In this document: positions 38,311 to 48,609 of the stretch, piece after piece
Numbering within the stretch: the stretch's first letter is position 1
Layout: every line of letters begins with the position of its first letter
Origin: an uncultured Ruminococcus sp.
GTDB taxonomy: Bacteria; Bacillota; Clostridia; Oscillospirales; Ruminococcaceae
Assembly (NCBI GenBank): GCA_937902395.1
Contig: CALGTV010000038.1
Location: 808 to 64,807, forward strand
Direction: 5' to 3'
Length of the DNA: 64,000 nucleotides
Notes under the pieces: generated by a model
What the model was told of the DNA's origin: nothing
The model's input: the letters and a program-made list of their open reading frames with translations, nothing else
The model's database searches: none
Made by a program: the position numbers and the translations under genes

Positions 38311-39477
38311 TTAATCTTCATTATCATTTGAATCATCATATAAATCGCCATATTTGTCAGCCATTCTGCGTCTTGCGTCTTTTATGGCATCACGATTTAT
38401 TTTATTCTGCTCTGAACGTGAAAGCTTTTCATGTGATGAATTGCCTGTTCCTCCGTTTTGAGCTTCAAGAGCAGCCTGCTGCTCTAACATTCTCTGCATA
38501 AAAGTTTTCTTTTCCGGGTGCTTTTCAGCGTAGATACGTGCTTTTTCCTTTTCCTTTTCATTAATAGCCACAACTTTGTCATGTGTGAAGTATAGATTAA
38601 GACCAAAAGTTACAAGGAAAGAGAAAAGAGCTGACCAAATCCAATAGAAACCGATACCTGCTGGGAGTTCAAAAGCAAACCAGATTGACATAAGAGGAGA
38701 AAGAAGCATCATAGCTGTCATACATCCGCCGCCTGCCTGAGCAGTAGGATTAGTCTTTTTCTGGTGATACATTGAATAAAAACTTGTGAGCAACTGTGCA
38801 AGACCTGCAAGGAAAGGAATAGCACAGAGAACAACAGCCTCAAAGTTCCATTCGTCTGGTTTAAGTGTAGGAACTTTACCAAGATTTGCACCGAAAATAG
38901 TGAAATTCTCTGTAAACTCAGTTACAACTTGTCTGAAATTCTCGCCGATACTTGAAAAATCAGCAGAATGCTTATCAAGAGCCTCCATTGTGAGAAGCTC
39001 ATTTCTCAGGTTATTTGACTGAATAGGATTACCGCCGTTTACATCCTTGAACTGTACAGCAAGCTCGGAAGCTTTTTCAATAGCAGCCTTTCTTACAGGC
39101 TTGGATATATGAAGGATATGAGTTATAGGCTTATATACAACGTCAATGACGCCGAAAAGCAGAAACATCTGGATAAAACCAGGGAGACATGAACCCATAG
39201 GGTTGAGTCCCTCCTCCTGATAAAGCTTCTGCTGTTCCTCCTGCAAACGTGTTGGATTATTTGAAAAGCTTTTCTGCAGCTTCTGAAGTTTAGGCTGGAG
39301 AAGCTGCATTCTTGCAGCACTCTTCTGAGTTTTATAATTCATTGGGAAGAGTAAAATCTTTGTTACAAGAGTAAACACAATAATAGCAATAGCATAATTA
39401 GGTATGAGCTTATAAATTCCGCTCATAAGATATCCAAGAGGGATACCAATAAGATCATAAAGTGCGTTCAATTTCAA
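38311..39477 (-). CDS. yidC: Membrane protein insertase YidC
   Basis: II.FTL..K..L.P, LQP..LQ, NP.G.CLP..IQM, P.G...YW. Confidence 0.93.
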   Translation of the reverse strand: MKLNALYDLIGIPLGYLMSGIYKLIPNYAIAIIVFTLVTKILLFPMNYKTQKSAARMQLLQPKLQKLQKSFSNNPTRLQEEQQKLYQEEGLNPMGSCLPGFIQMFLLFGVIDVVYKPITHILHISKPVRKAAIEKASELAVQFKDVNGGNPIQSNNLRNELLTMEALDKHSADFSSIGENFRQVVTEFTENFTIFGANLGKVPTLKPDEWNFEAVVLCAIPFLAGLAQLLTSFYSMYHQKKTNPTAQAGGGCMTAMMLLSPLMSIWFAFELPAGIGFYWIWSALFSFLVTFGLNLYFTHDKVVAINEKEKEKARIYAEKHPEKKTFMQRMLEQQAALEAQNGGTGNSSHEKLSRSEQNKINRDAIKDARRRMADKYGDLYDDSNDNED

Positions 39478-39482
39478 TTCTC

Positions 39483-39803
39483 CTATATCAGTACATCTTC
39501 GGAGCTATCCTCCGTACCGTTCTTTTCTTCTGCTGTGTCAGCTTCACTGTGAAGCTTGGAATAATCAATTTTTTTCACTTTAAAAGTGAACTTTTCAGGG
39601 ACATAGTCAATACCGCCAAGTGACCACGGATTGCATCGCAGGATTCTCCATACAGCCAGAGCCGAACCTCTCACAGCACCAAATTTTTTTACAGCAGTGA
39701 GAGCATAACAGCTGCATGTAGGATAATACTTGCATTTAGGCGGAAAAAGTGGCGAAATACACTTCTGATAGAATTTTATCAATGCAATTACAACAAATTT
39801 CAT
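39483..39803 (-). CDS. yidD: Membrane protein insertion efficiency factor
   Basis: [28 protein letters not shown]. Confidence 0.95.
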   Translation of the reverse strand: MKFVVIALIKFYQKCISPLFPPKCKYYPTCSCYALTAVKKFGAVRGSALAVWRILRCNPWSLGGIDYVPEKFTFKVKKIDYSKLHSEADTAEEKNGTEDSSEDVLI

Positions 39804-39809
39804 AATTTA

Positions 39810-40166
39810 CTAATGATTTACCAGCTTTTTCATAGCCTTATTTATTTCCATAACGCCGTATTTATCAAAATATCCGCAGTATTCGTCAGATTTTATACCA
39901 AGAATTCCGCTTCTTGCCACAATGACAATGTCAATACCTACAGGCAGTTTAACCTCTGAATTTCGATATGCAAGACGAATAAGACGCTTTGCGCGGTTAC
40001 GAGCAACAGCGTTACCGATTTTTTTTCCTGCTGTAATTCCAAAGCGGTTATACGGGCGATTATTCGGTTTTATGTATATCACAGAATATTTTGAAGTGAT
40101 ATATCTGCCTTTTTTATACAACGTGAGGAATTCTTTATTTTCCCTCATGATAACGGTATAAAGCAT
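39810..40166 (-). CDS. rnpA: RNase P protein component
   Basis: KKIGNAVARNRAKR (RNR motif); start refined to ATG 40166. Confidence 0.95.
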   Translation of the reverse strand: MLYTVIMRENKEFLTLYKKGRYITSKYSVIYIKPNNRPYNRFGITAGKKIGNAVARNRAKRLIRLAYRNSEVKLPVGIDIVIVARSGILGIKSDEYCGYFDKYGVMEINKAMKKLVNH

Positions 40167-40229
40167 AACAACCTCCCGTAAGCCCCTAATAAAAAAGACC
40201 ACAAAAACGTATTTTTGTGGTCAGCGTCG

Positions 40230-40364
40230 TCAGTGAGTTAATCTAGCTCTGCCCTTAGATCTTCTACGAGCTAAAACCTTTCTGCCGTTCTTAGTAGCCA
40301 TTCTCTTCATGAAGCCGTGCTCCTTCTTTCTGTGGAGCTTCTTAGGCTGATATGTTCTTTTCAT
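40230..40364 (-). CDS. rpmH: 50S ribosomal protein L34
   Basis: Not in ORF track; [44 protein letters not shown]. Confidence 0.98.
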   Translation of the reverse strand: MKRTYQPKKLHRKKEHGFMKRMATKNGRKVLARRRSKGRARLTH

Positions 40365-40499
40365 TATGGAATCCTCCTCTCGATTTGTACTATAAAAGAG
40401 CAGTTTGCCCTTATTTACATATTACACTTTAGAATTATACTTCAAAAGCGCAAATATGTCAAGAGGTTTTTGAATTTTTTTTTGAAAATGATGAATTTT

Positions 40500-41030
40500 G
40501 ATAAATTTCAACACATGTACCACTTCCTTTTTAGCACATTTTTAGAGATTCCTTTATTTGAATCCCTTATATAAAAAAATCATGAGAGATTCTTTCACAT
40601 AAAGCTGATTTGAGCAATCAAACTTTTCAAAACAAAACTGATTTTTGACTTTTCCACACTAATCAACAGGTACATCAACAGTAGGTTTTCCACACTGAAA
40701 ACTACTGACAGCTGTTGAAAAGTTGAAAAACTATGTTGAAAACCTGTCGGGTTTGTGTCGAAATTTTGAATTTCAACAGCTTTTTTATCGTTTCTGCAAG
40801 CCAATACCACCATTTTTTCAACAAAGCGTCGTTGATTCAACAGTCTTTTCAACAATGTGTCAAAAGAGATGTGGAAATCTTTCTTTTTTTCTCTCTTTTT
40901 TTTATTTTTATCCCTTGCTTTTTCAACAGGAGTGTGCTATAATGTTATTATATTATTATAGGAGAGTATCGTTATTTTGCAAAATTTCCGCCAACGAAGC
41001 GGTATGTTCCTTTACACTAATCCACATTTA
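40500..41030. other. oriC part 1: DnaA-box cluster upstream of dnaA
   Basis: TTTTCCACA 40650, 40686; TTTTCAACA/TGTTGAAAA 40713, 40734, 40815, 40846, 40920; further near-matches. Confidence 0.8.
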
Positions 41031-41082
41031 TCGAAAAAAATCATATGAGATTAGTATTAATTTCAATCAATGGAGGTTAAAA

Positions 41083-42456
41083 ATGAATTCATTTACAGAA
41101 TTATTCGATAGCGTCAAGAGTTATTGTCTTGAACATGAAAAAATGCCCGATGTTGCCATAAAAACATGGCTTAATACCATGACACCCGTTAGCTTTGACG
41201 GCGAAAATGCCATTTTCAGTGTTCTTACAGGATTTCAGAAAGATATTGTTATGAATAAATATGCTGAAACCCTTAAAGAAGCTTTCTCTGAAATGCTGGG
41301 ACTTAATGTAAATATTATAATAAACGTAAATTCAACTGACAGCGAACCCACAGCTCCCATTCCTACTGAGGAAGAACTTGAAAAAAAGAACGCTGAGCTT
41401 GAACAGTCCTATAAATTTGCAAATTATGACTACACTTTCGATACATTTATTGAAGGACCTTCAAACAGCTTTGCTCTTGCCTGCAGTAAATCTGTTGCAA
41501 AAAATTGCGGTGAAAGCGACGTTTCAGGCTATAATCCATTATTTATCTACGGTCCGTCAGGTATGGGAAAAACTCACCTTATCACAGCTATTGCAAATGA
41601 AGTGAGGATTACACGACCTGAATACAATATCGTCTATATTACCAGCGAAACTTTCGGAAACGACCTTATTGCTGCTATCCAGAAAAATCAGATTTCGGAT
41701 TTCCATGAAAAATACAGAAATGCAGATATGCTTCTCATCGACGATATTCAATTCTTTGCAGGAAAAGAGCGTATGCAGGAGGAATTTTTCCATACATTCT
41801 ATAAGCTTCATCAGGAGGGTAAGCAGATTGTTATTACCTCTGATAAACCGCCTAAGGAGCTTATTACCCTTGAAGCAAGACTGAGAACACGTTTCGAGGG
41901 CGGACTTATTGCAGATATTTCCGCACCTGATTTTGAAACAAGACTTGCAATTATCACAAGAAAAAGCGAACTTCTTGAACTTAAAATGCCTGCTGAGGTT
42001 TCAGAATTCATGGCAAATCGCCTGAAATCCAACATCCGTCAGCTTGAGGGAGCTGTTCTCCGACTTAAAGCGCTGAATCATTTTGCTGGAAGTCCTATTA
42101 CAATTTCCATGGCTCAGAGCGTTATCCGCGATGTTCTCACTGATGAACAGCCTATTCCGATTACTGTTGAAAAAATCATTAACGAAGTATCAACAGTTTA
42201 CGGCGTATCTCCCGATGACCTCCGTTCAAACAAGCGTTCACAGCAGATTTCAATTGCACGTAAAGTAGCCATTTATGTTGTCCGCGAGATTACAGATATG
42301 CCTCTTGCTTCAATCGGTACAGAATTTGGCGGCCGTGACCACTCTACAATTGTTTATTCTGTAAATAGCGTAGTTGCGGCAATTCAGAAAGATTCAAACC
42401 TTAATAATCTTGTTAATGATATTATCAAGAATATCCGCGATAAGAGCAAGGGTTAA
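41083..42456 (+). CDS. dnaA: Chromosomal replication initiator DnaA
   Basis: YNPLFIYGPSGMGKTHL, LLIDDIQF, QEEFFHTF, RQLEG, GGRDHST; start refined to ATG 41083 (GGAGG). Confidence 0.99.
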   Translation: MNSFTELFDSVKSYCLEHEKMPDVAIKTWLNTMTPVSFDGENAIFSVLTGFQKDIVMNKYAETLKEAFSEMLGLNVNIIINVNSTDSEPTAPIPTEEELEKKNAELEQSYKFANYDYTFDTFIEGPSNSFALACSKSVAKNCGESDVSGYNPLFIYGPSGMGKTHLITAIANEVRITRPEYNIVYITSETFGNDLIAAIQKNQISDFHEKYRNADMLLIDDIQFFAGKERMQEEFFHTFYKLHQEGKQIVITSDKPPKELITLEARLRTRFEGGLIADISAPDFETRLAIITRKSELLELKMPAEVSEFMANRLKSNIRQLEGAVLRLKALNHFAGSPITISMAQSVIRDVLTDEQPIPITVEKIINEVSTVYGVSPDDLRSNKRSQQISIARKVAIYVVREITDMPLASIGTEFGGRDHSTIVYSVNSVVAAIQKDSNLNNLVNDIIKNIRDKSKG

Positions 42457-42469
42457 TTAATCAGGAAAT

Positions 42470-42945
42470 AAACATTTTTCCCACACAGTTTTTACAGTTG
42501 AAAATGTTGGTAAACAAACTTTCAACCAAGTTTTCAACAGAGTGTTTAAAACTCAGTTGAAAACAAAACTCATTTCCATTTCGCAATATCAGGCGGTAAA
42601 ATTTACATGTTGAAAATATGGCTTTCAGTATTTTCAACGTGATGAACTTTTCAACATTTCACAGACTGTCAGGAAAAATATAAAATAAAATAACAAAAAT
42701 CCAAGATTCCACAGAATTTTCCACTTTTCATCAACTTCAACTCCACAACTCTCAACGCTGTAAACAATGAAAAATGGTAAAAAATAAAAATCCAACATAT
42801 CAAACAATTTCACAACAGTCGGTTGTGGACGAGCTTTCGGCTGTATATCGATAAATAAAAGACATACTGACTTTTCAACACCCCCTACTACTACTACTAA
42901 ATTTATTATACTTATTTTACCTTAACTTACTTTAATTTTAGTCTG
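42470..42945. other. oriC part 2 with DNA-unwinding element (DnaA box-GC run-DnaA trios-AT-rich)
   Basis: Boxes at 42531, 42608, 42648; TTTTCAACA 42872-42880, CCCC, CTACTACTACTACTA 42885-42899, AT-rich tract. Confidence 0.88.
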
Positions 42946-43037
42946 TCTTATCTTATCATATTTTTGAAAACATACTGTTGTTTGATGTTGGCTTAAACAA
43001 CAACTTAAATGAAGCTTAACAGGAGGCTTTTATATAA

Positions 43038-44141
43038 ATGAAATTCATATGCAAGAAAAACGAATTAAGTGAAGCTATCAGCAACGTTTCAAGAGCTGTA
43101 CCTCAAAAATCAACAATACAGGCTCTTGAGGGAATAAAAGTTAAAATTACACCCGGTTGTGTTGAGCTTACAGCATACAATCTTGAAATGGGTATAAGAA
43201 CGGCAATTGATGCTGATACAACTGACAACGGTGAATTTGTTGTAAATACAAGACTTTTCAATGAATTTACAAAGAAAATGGCTGGAGAAGAAGTAGTTTT
43301 CACAATTGATGAAAATAACATTATTAATATCACGTCGGAAGCTTCAGATTGTACATTCTCTGCTATGTCAGCTGAAGAATATCCCGATTTGCCTGTAGTT
43401 GATGCAAACAGAAGCTTTGAAGTTCCGCAGAATATCCTCCGTTCTATGATAAATATGACAGGATATGCTGTTTCTCAGAATGAGAATAAGCCAATTTTCA
43501 CAGGTGAGCTCTTTGACATTGAGGGCGAAAGCTTCACAATGGTAGCTATTGACGGTTTCCGTCTTGCTATCAGAAATGAATCAATTGCAAACAGCGAAAA
43601 GTTTAATTTTGTTGTTCCAAAAAAAGCATTGCAGGAAGTTTCAACTCTTATTCGTGAGGATTGCGCTGAAAATTGCTTTATCAGCGTTAATGACAGACAT
43701 ATTATTTTCAGAATAAATAAATTCTATGTAATATCCCGACTTTTAGAGGGTGCTTTCCACAATTACAAAATGAGTATTCCAAACAGCTACAAAACAGAGG
43801 TATTTGTCAATAAAAAGGACTTCACAGCTTGTCTGGAAAGATGTTCACTTATCGTAGATGAAAAAAATAAAAGTCCTATCCGTTGTGAAATCGGCGGAGG
43901 CGTTATGAAAATCAACTGTAAGACAGCTATCGGAAAGGTAAACGATGCAATTTCTGCCGATATTTCTGGAGAAGCTGTTACTATTGGTTTCAATAACAGA
44001 CTTATGCTTGAAGCACTCAAGGCTGCTGAGGGCGATAAGGTGAGAATTCGTCTGAACGGCGCAATGAAAGTTATTGAGCTTCTTCCACCTATGGGAGAAA
44101 GCTATATTTTCCTTGTTATGCCTATTCAATTGAAAAATTGA
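43038..44141 (+). CDS. dnaN: DNA polymerase III beta clamp
   Basis: A.DGFRLA, RLLEG.F, GFN, VMP. Confidence 0.97.
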   Translation: MKFICKKNELSEAISNVSRAVPQKSTIQALEGIKVKITPGCVELTAYNLEMGIRTAIDADTTDNGEFVVNTRLFNEFTKKMAGEEVVFTIDENNIINITSEASDCTFSAMSAEEYPDLPVVDANRSFEVPQNILRSMINMTGYAVSQNENKPIFTGELFDIEGESFTMVAIDGFRLAIRNESIANSEKFNFVVPKKALQEVSTLIREDCAENCFISVNDRHIIFRINKFYVISRLLEGAFHNYKMSIPNSYKTEVFVNKKDFTACLERCSLIVDEKNKSPIRCEIGGGVMKINCKTAIGKVNDAISADISGEAVTIGFNNRLMLEALKAAEGDKVRIRLNGAMKVIELLPPMGESYIFLVMPIQLKN

Positions 44142-44219
44142 TTTTATTGAAATTCATTTTTATGTAGGAATATAGCACAACCTGTTCCTACAATGATAAC
44201 GTTAAAGCGAGGTATAAAA

Positions 44220-44429
44220 ATGCCTGAAATTAAAATAACAACAGAATTTATAAAGCTTGACGCTCTCTTGAAATTTGCCTCGATGGTAGGTTCAGGAGGA
44301 GAGGCAAAAATGCTCATACAGGACGGTCAGGTTCTCGTAAACGGCGAGGTCTGCACTATGCGCGGAAAAAAAATCCGCCCTGGAGATACTGTTAAAATTA
44401 TCGGCGGCGATGAGGTAACTGTGTGCTGA
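44220..44429 (+). CDS. yaaA: S4-domain RNA-binding protein YaaA
   Basis: [25 protein letters not shown]. Confidence 0.93.
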   Translation: MPEIKITTEFIKLDALLKFASMVGSGGEAKMLIQDGQVLVNGEVCTMRGKKIRPGDTVKIIGGDEVTVC

Positions 44430-45556
44430 TAACTCGCGTAGACATCGACGGTTTCAGAAATTTGTCAGATATCTCTTTTGTTCCCGATTCCTGCTATAAT
44501 ATTATAGTCGGCGCAAATGCGCAGGGAAAAACAAATCTCCTTGAAGCGCTGTGGGTTATGTCCGGATGTAAAAGCTTCCGCGGCTCTAAGGAAAGGGATT
44601 ACATTGCCCTTGACAAAAGCAGATTTACCTCTGAAATGAAAATCAGAGACATAGTCCGTGAGCAGAAAATCACCTTTGAAATGACAAAGGGTGCAAATAT
44701 AACGAAAAATATAACAATTAACGGTGTAAAGCAGAAAGGTACGCGGAATCTTTTCGACGTTTTTAAATGCATTGCCTTTATCCCCGATGATGTGGAGATT
44801 ATAAAAGGCGCGCCTGAAAAGCGGCGAAATTTTATAGATATGGCGGCTTCTCAGCTGAATCCTGTCTTTGTGGCTCATATAACAAAAAATAATGCTGTAA
44901 TGAATCAGCGCAATGCTCTGCTGAAGTCAATTATGCAGGGCAGCTCAGATTCGTCAATTCTTGAAATATGGGATAAACAGGCGGCTCACGAGGGTGCGCT
45001 GATATCCTATATGCGTGACGGATATGTAAAAAAAATAAATGAAATTTGCGGAGAATTATATTACGCCATTTCGGGCGGAAGTGAAAAGCTTGAACTTGAA
45101 TACAGGTCAAATGTCTACAAGCCGGAGGATTTTAGCGAGCCCTGCGGCGAGGCGGCTTTTGAAAAATATTACAGAAAGCTCCGTGAATCCGCAGAATATG
45201 ATATCCGCACAGGTATAACTCATTCGGGAGTAAACCGCGATGAGCTTATTATAAAAATTAACGGTATAAGCGCCAAAGAGTACGGCTCACAGGGGCAGAT
45301 AAAATCGGCGGCGCTTGTTATAAAGCTTGCTCAGGCTGAAATTTTTATGAAGCGGAGCAAGGAAGCTCCCGTAATATTTCTTGACGATGTTATGGGAGAG
45401 CTTGACGAAAATCGTCAGCGTTTTATTTTTGATATTATCAAGGATATGCAGGTATTTATCACAACGCCAAATGAAAGCGCTCTTCTTCCCGATATAAAGG
45501 GAAAAATCCTGCGTATCAACGGCGGCAGGCTCACAGAGGAAAAAGCAGATGAATAA
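44423..45556 (+). CDS. recF: DNA replication/repair protein RecF
   Basis: [26 protein letters not shown]. Confidence 0.96.
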   Translation: MLITRVDIDGFRNLSDISFVPDSCYNIIVGANAQGKTNLLEALWVMSGCKSFRGSKERDYIALDKSRFTSEMKIRDIVREQKITFEMTKGANITKNITINGVKQKGTRNLFDVFKCIAFIPDDVEIIKGAPEKRRNFIDMAASQLNPVFVAHITKNNAVMNQRNALLKSIMQGSSDSSILEIWDKQAAHEGALISYMRDGYVKKINEICGELYYAISGGSEKLELEYRSNVYKPEDFSEPCGEAAFEKYYRKLRESAEYDIRTGITHSGVNRDELIIKINGISAKEYGSQGQIKSAALVIKLAQAEIFMKRSKEAPVIFLDDVMGELDENRQRFIFDIIKDMQVFITTPNESALLPDIKGKILRINGGRLTEEKADE

Positions 45557-45812
45557 AACTATTTATCTCCATATCGGCAATAATTATTCCGTAGATGTCC
45601 GTGAAATCATCGGCATATTCGATATGGACAATACAACAGTAACAAGCTGTACAAAAACACTGCTTGATAAAGCTCAGAAAGAAAAACGGCTGTTTTTAGC
45701 CACATATGAACTGCCGAAAACATATATTATCACAAAAAAGCGTGTATATCTCTCACAGCTTGCGGCAAGTACGCTGAAAAAGCGCCTTGAAAGCGGCGGA
45801 GGGTATAGTTAA
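45549..45812 (+). CDS. remB: DUF370/RemB-family protein
   Basis: YLHIG, IIGIFD.D, S.L...TL.KR; conserved position after recF. Confidence 0.88.
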   Translation: MNKTIYLHIGNNYSVDVREIIGIFDMDNTTVTSCTKTLLDKAQKEKRLFLATYELPKTYIITKKRVYLSQLAASTLKKRLESGGGYS

Positions 45813-45862
45813 TGCGTAATGCGTAATTCAATTAAGAATTATGAATTAAGAATTATGAATTT
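45811..45862. repeat. Heptamer tandem repeats
   Basis: AATGCGT x2 then ATTAAGA/ATTATGA alternating; related tracts at 16611-16648 and 45965-46005. Confidence 0.65.
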
Positions 45863-45937
45863 TTATGGCGACGTTATTTTATTTTTCTGTTTTGAAAAAT
45901 AGTAAGTTGCCGCATAACACAAATACAATAAGATTTT

Positions 45938-45960
45938 GTAGGGGCTGCCTCTGGCAGTCC
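45938..45960 (+). repeat. GTAG-type REP-like palindrome
   Basis: GTAG GGGCTGCC-TCT-GGCAGTCC. Confidence 0.55.
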
Positions 45961-46025
45961 GTCAAAAGAATTCAGAGAATAATTATTAATTCTGAATTCT
46001 TAATTAAAAAAACCGGGAGGTACTC

Positions 46026-47951
46026 ATGAGTCATCAGAATAATAATTACGACGAGAATGACATACAAATTCTGGAAGGACTTGAAGCTGTAAGAAAAAGA
46101 CCGGGAATGTACATCGGTTCAACAGGTCCAAGCGGTTTGCACCACCTTGTATACGAAATTGTGGATAACTCTATTGATGAAGCACTTGCAGGCTACTGCA
46201 CCGAAATAAAGGTTGATATACTTCCCGATGATATTATCAGGGTATCTGATAACGGACGTGGTATCCCCGTTGGTATTCACCCAAAGGAAGGAATTTCAGC
46301 GGCTACCGTTGTTTATACCATTCTCCACGCAGGCGGAAAATTCGGCGGCGGCGGATATAAGGTATCAGGAGGTCTCCACGGTGTTGGTGCGTCTGTTGTT
46401 AATGCCCTTTCAGAGTGGCTGGAGCTTACCGTCAAGGACGGCGAAAATGTGTGGTTCCAGCGTTTTGAGCGCGGTCACTATGACGAACAGCTTAAAGCTA
46501 TCGAAAAGACCACCGAAACAGGTACAAGCGTTATGTTCAAGGCTGATGCTGAAATCTTTGAACAAACGGTATATGACTACAATATCCTGCTGAAAAGACT
46601 TCGTGAGCAGGCATTCCTTAACGCAGGCATAAAAATTACTTTCTCAGATTTGAGAGATGAAAACGAAACTAAATCCGAAACACTTCACTATGAGGGCGGT
46701 ATCCGTCAGTTTGTGGAGCATATCCACGAAACAAGAGGTCATGTTCCTCTCAGCAATGAAGTTATATACGTTTCGGGTATGCAGGGTGATTCCTTTGCGG
46801 AGATTGCCCTCCAATACAACGACAGCTACAATGAGATTATCCTCTCATTTGCAAATAATATCCACACAAAAGACGGTGGATATCATGAAACAGCTTTTAA
46901 AAATTCAATTCAGAGAGTTATCAATGACTACGGCAAGAAAATGGGACTTCTCAAAGATAAGGAGAAGCTTAGCGGTGACGATGTCCGTGAGGGACTAACA
47001 GCAATTATTTCTGTAAAGCTTACCGAGTGTGAATTTGAGGGACAGACAAAGGGAAGACTGGGAAATCCCGAAGTCAAGCCATTTATCGAAAAGCTTGTAC
47101 AGGAAAAGCTGATGAATTACCTTGAAGAAAACCCCGATGTTGCAAAGGTTATTTTCGATAAGGCACTTTCAGCCCTGAAAGCTCGTGAAGCCGCAAAGCG
47201 TGCAAGGGATGCAGAGCGTAAGAAAAACGCATTCGGAAACGCTTCAATGCCTGAAAAGCTTGCAGATTGCTCCGAGCGTGATGCAAGATATACTGAAATT
47301 TACATCGTAGAGGGAGATTCTGCGGGCGGTTCTGCAAAGCAGGGACGTGACAGAAAATATCAGGCAATTCTCTCTCTCTGGGGAAAAATGCTCAACGTAG
47401 AAAAGGCACGTATTGACAAGATTTACGGCAACGACAAGCTTTCTCCTGTTGTAACGGCTCTTGGCACAGGTATCGGCGAGGATTTCGATATTGAAAAGCT
47501 CCGTTACGGCAAAGTTATCATTATGGCGGATGCCGACGTTGACGGTATGCATATCAGAACTCTGCTTCTGACATTCTTCTTCCGCTATATGCGCCCCCTT
47601 ATTTCAAACGGTAATGTATATATCGCACAACCGCCGCTTTTCAAGGTATGGCGAGGCAAAAAGGAGAGATACGCTTTCTCTGATGAGGAACGTGACGCTT
47701 TCATTGCTGAGCTTTCCGAGGAGGGTAAGCATAAGGTTGATGTTCAGCGTTACAAAGGTCTTGGTGAAATGGACCCCGAACAGCTCTGGGAGACAACTAT
47801 GGACCCTGAGCGCCGTACTATAGTTAAAATCGGTATGGAGGACGCTTTAAAGGCTGACGAGACATTCTCAATTCTTATGGGTGACAAGGTTGAGCCAAGA
47901 AGAAAATTCATTGAAGAAAATGCGAAATTCGTCCAGAACCTCGATATATAA
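46026..47951 (+). CDS. gyrB: DNA gyrase subunit B
   Basis: [39 protein letters not shown]. Confidence 0.99.
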   Translation: MSHQNNNYDENDIQILEGLEAVRKRPGMYIGSTGPSGLHHLVYEIVDNSIDEALAGYCTEIKVDILPDDIIRVSDNGRGIPVGIHPKEGISAATVVYTILHAGGKFGGGGYKVSGGLHGVGASVVNALSEWLELTVKDGENVWFQRFERGHYDEQLKAIEKTTETGTSVMFKADAEIFEQTVYDYNILLKRLREQAFLNAGIKITFSDLRDENETKSETLHYEGGIRQFVEHIHETRGHVPLSNEVIYVSGMQGDSFAEIALQYNDSYNEIILSFANNIHTKDGGYHETAFKNSIQRVINDYGKKMGLLKDKEKLSGDDVREGLTAIISVKLTECEFEGQTKGRLGNPEVKPFIEKLVQEKLMNYLEENPDVAKVIFDKALSALKAREAAKRARDAERKKNAFGNASMPEKLADCSERDARYTEIYIVEGDSAGGSAKQGRDRKYQAILSLWGKMLNVEKARIDKIYGNDKLSPVVTALGTGIGEDFDIEKLRYGKVIIMADADVDGMHIRTLLLTFFFRYMRPLISNGNVYIAQPPLFKVWRGKKERYAFSDEERDAFIAELSEEGKHKVDVQRYKGLGEMDPEQLWETTMDPERRTIVKIGMEDALKADETFSILMGDKVEPRRKFIEENAKFVQNLDI

Positions 47952-47961
47952 AGGGCAGATT

Positions 47962-48534
47962 ATGGAAGAAAATATAAAGCTTGTAAAGGAATTCAGCCAT
48001 ACACCTGAAATCCTCCGAAACGGTGTAAAAGCGTATCAGAAAAAATACGTTTATTCTGATATGTCAATAAAAATAATGATATTTCTGTTGATTTCGGCAA
48101 TTTTTGTATGCGGAATCATCATGGATTTTTTTAAGAGCGATAAACTTGAATTACTGGCATTTCTGATGTCAGCGGCTTGCTTAGCCTTTGCTATTATGGA
48201 ATGGTTCAAGCCGAAAAAGCTTAGAGATAGTATAGTTCAAAGCTTTATTGACGAGGGAAATTCTCCAGTATATCGCCTTACTGTAAAGGAAAAGGAAATC
48301 GAAATTGCCATAGTTTCTGAAATAGTTCAGGAAAAAAGCAGCGAAGAAAGTGAAAATGACGAGTATTCTGATGAAATTCCCGAACCGTCGATTATTTCTA
48401 TTGACAATAATCTGTCTATAATCGAAGAAGATAAGTTGTTTATTATTGCATACGGAAAAACGGTTTATTATATAATTCCCAAAAAGGATTTTTCCCAAAA
48501 AGAATTGGAAATAATGCGCAGTATTGCAAAATAA
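47962..48534 (+). CDS. YcxB-like membrane protein inserted between gyrB and gyrA
   Basis: Two N-terminal TM helices; C-terminal ..YIIPKKDF motif. Confidence 0.65.
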   Translation: MEENIKLVKEFSHTPEILRNGVKAYQKKYVYSDMSIKIMIFLLISAIFVCGIIMDFFKSDKLELLAFLMSAACLAFAIMEWFKPKKLRDSIVQSFIDEGNSPVYRLTVKEKEIEIAIVSEIVQEKSSEESENDEYSDEIPEPSIISIDNNLSIIEEDKLFIIAYGKTVYYIIPKKDFSQKELEIMRSIAK

Positions 48535-48538
48535 ATCT

Positions 48539-48561
48539 GTAGGGGCGGATATTATCCGCCC
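48539..48561 (+). repeat. GTAG-type REP-like palindrome
   Basis: GTAG GGGCGGATA-T-TATCCGCCC. Confidence 0.65.
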
Positions 48562-48609
48562 GCATTTAAAAACGTTGAAAAAATCTGAATAATAACAAGG
48601 AGGTTCAGC

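Noticed and set aside
40723..41082. 120-aa N-terminal extension of DnaA in the ORF track
   Set aside because: It runs through the DnaA-box/promoter region; a GGAGG RBS precedes ATG 41083.
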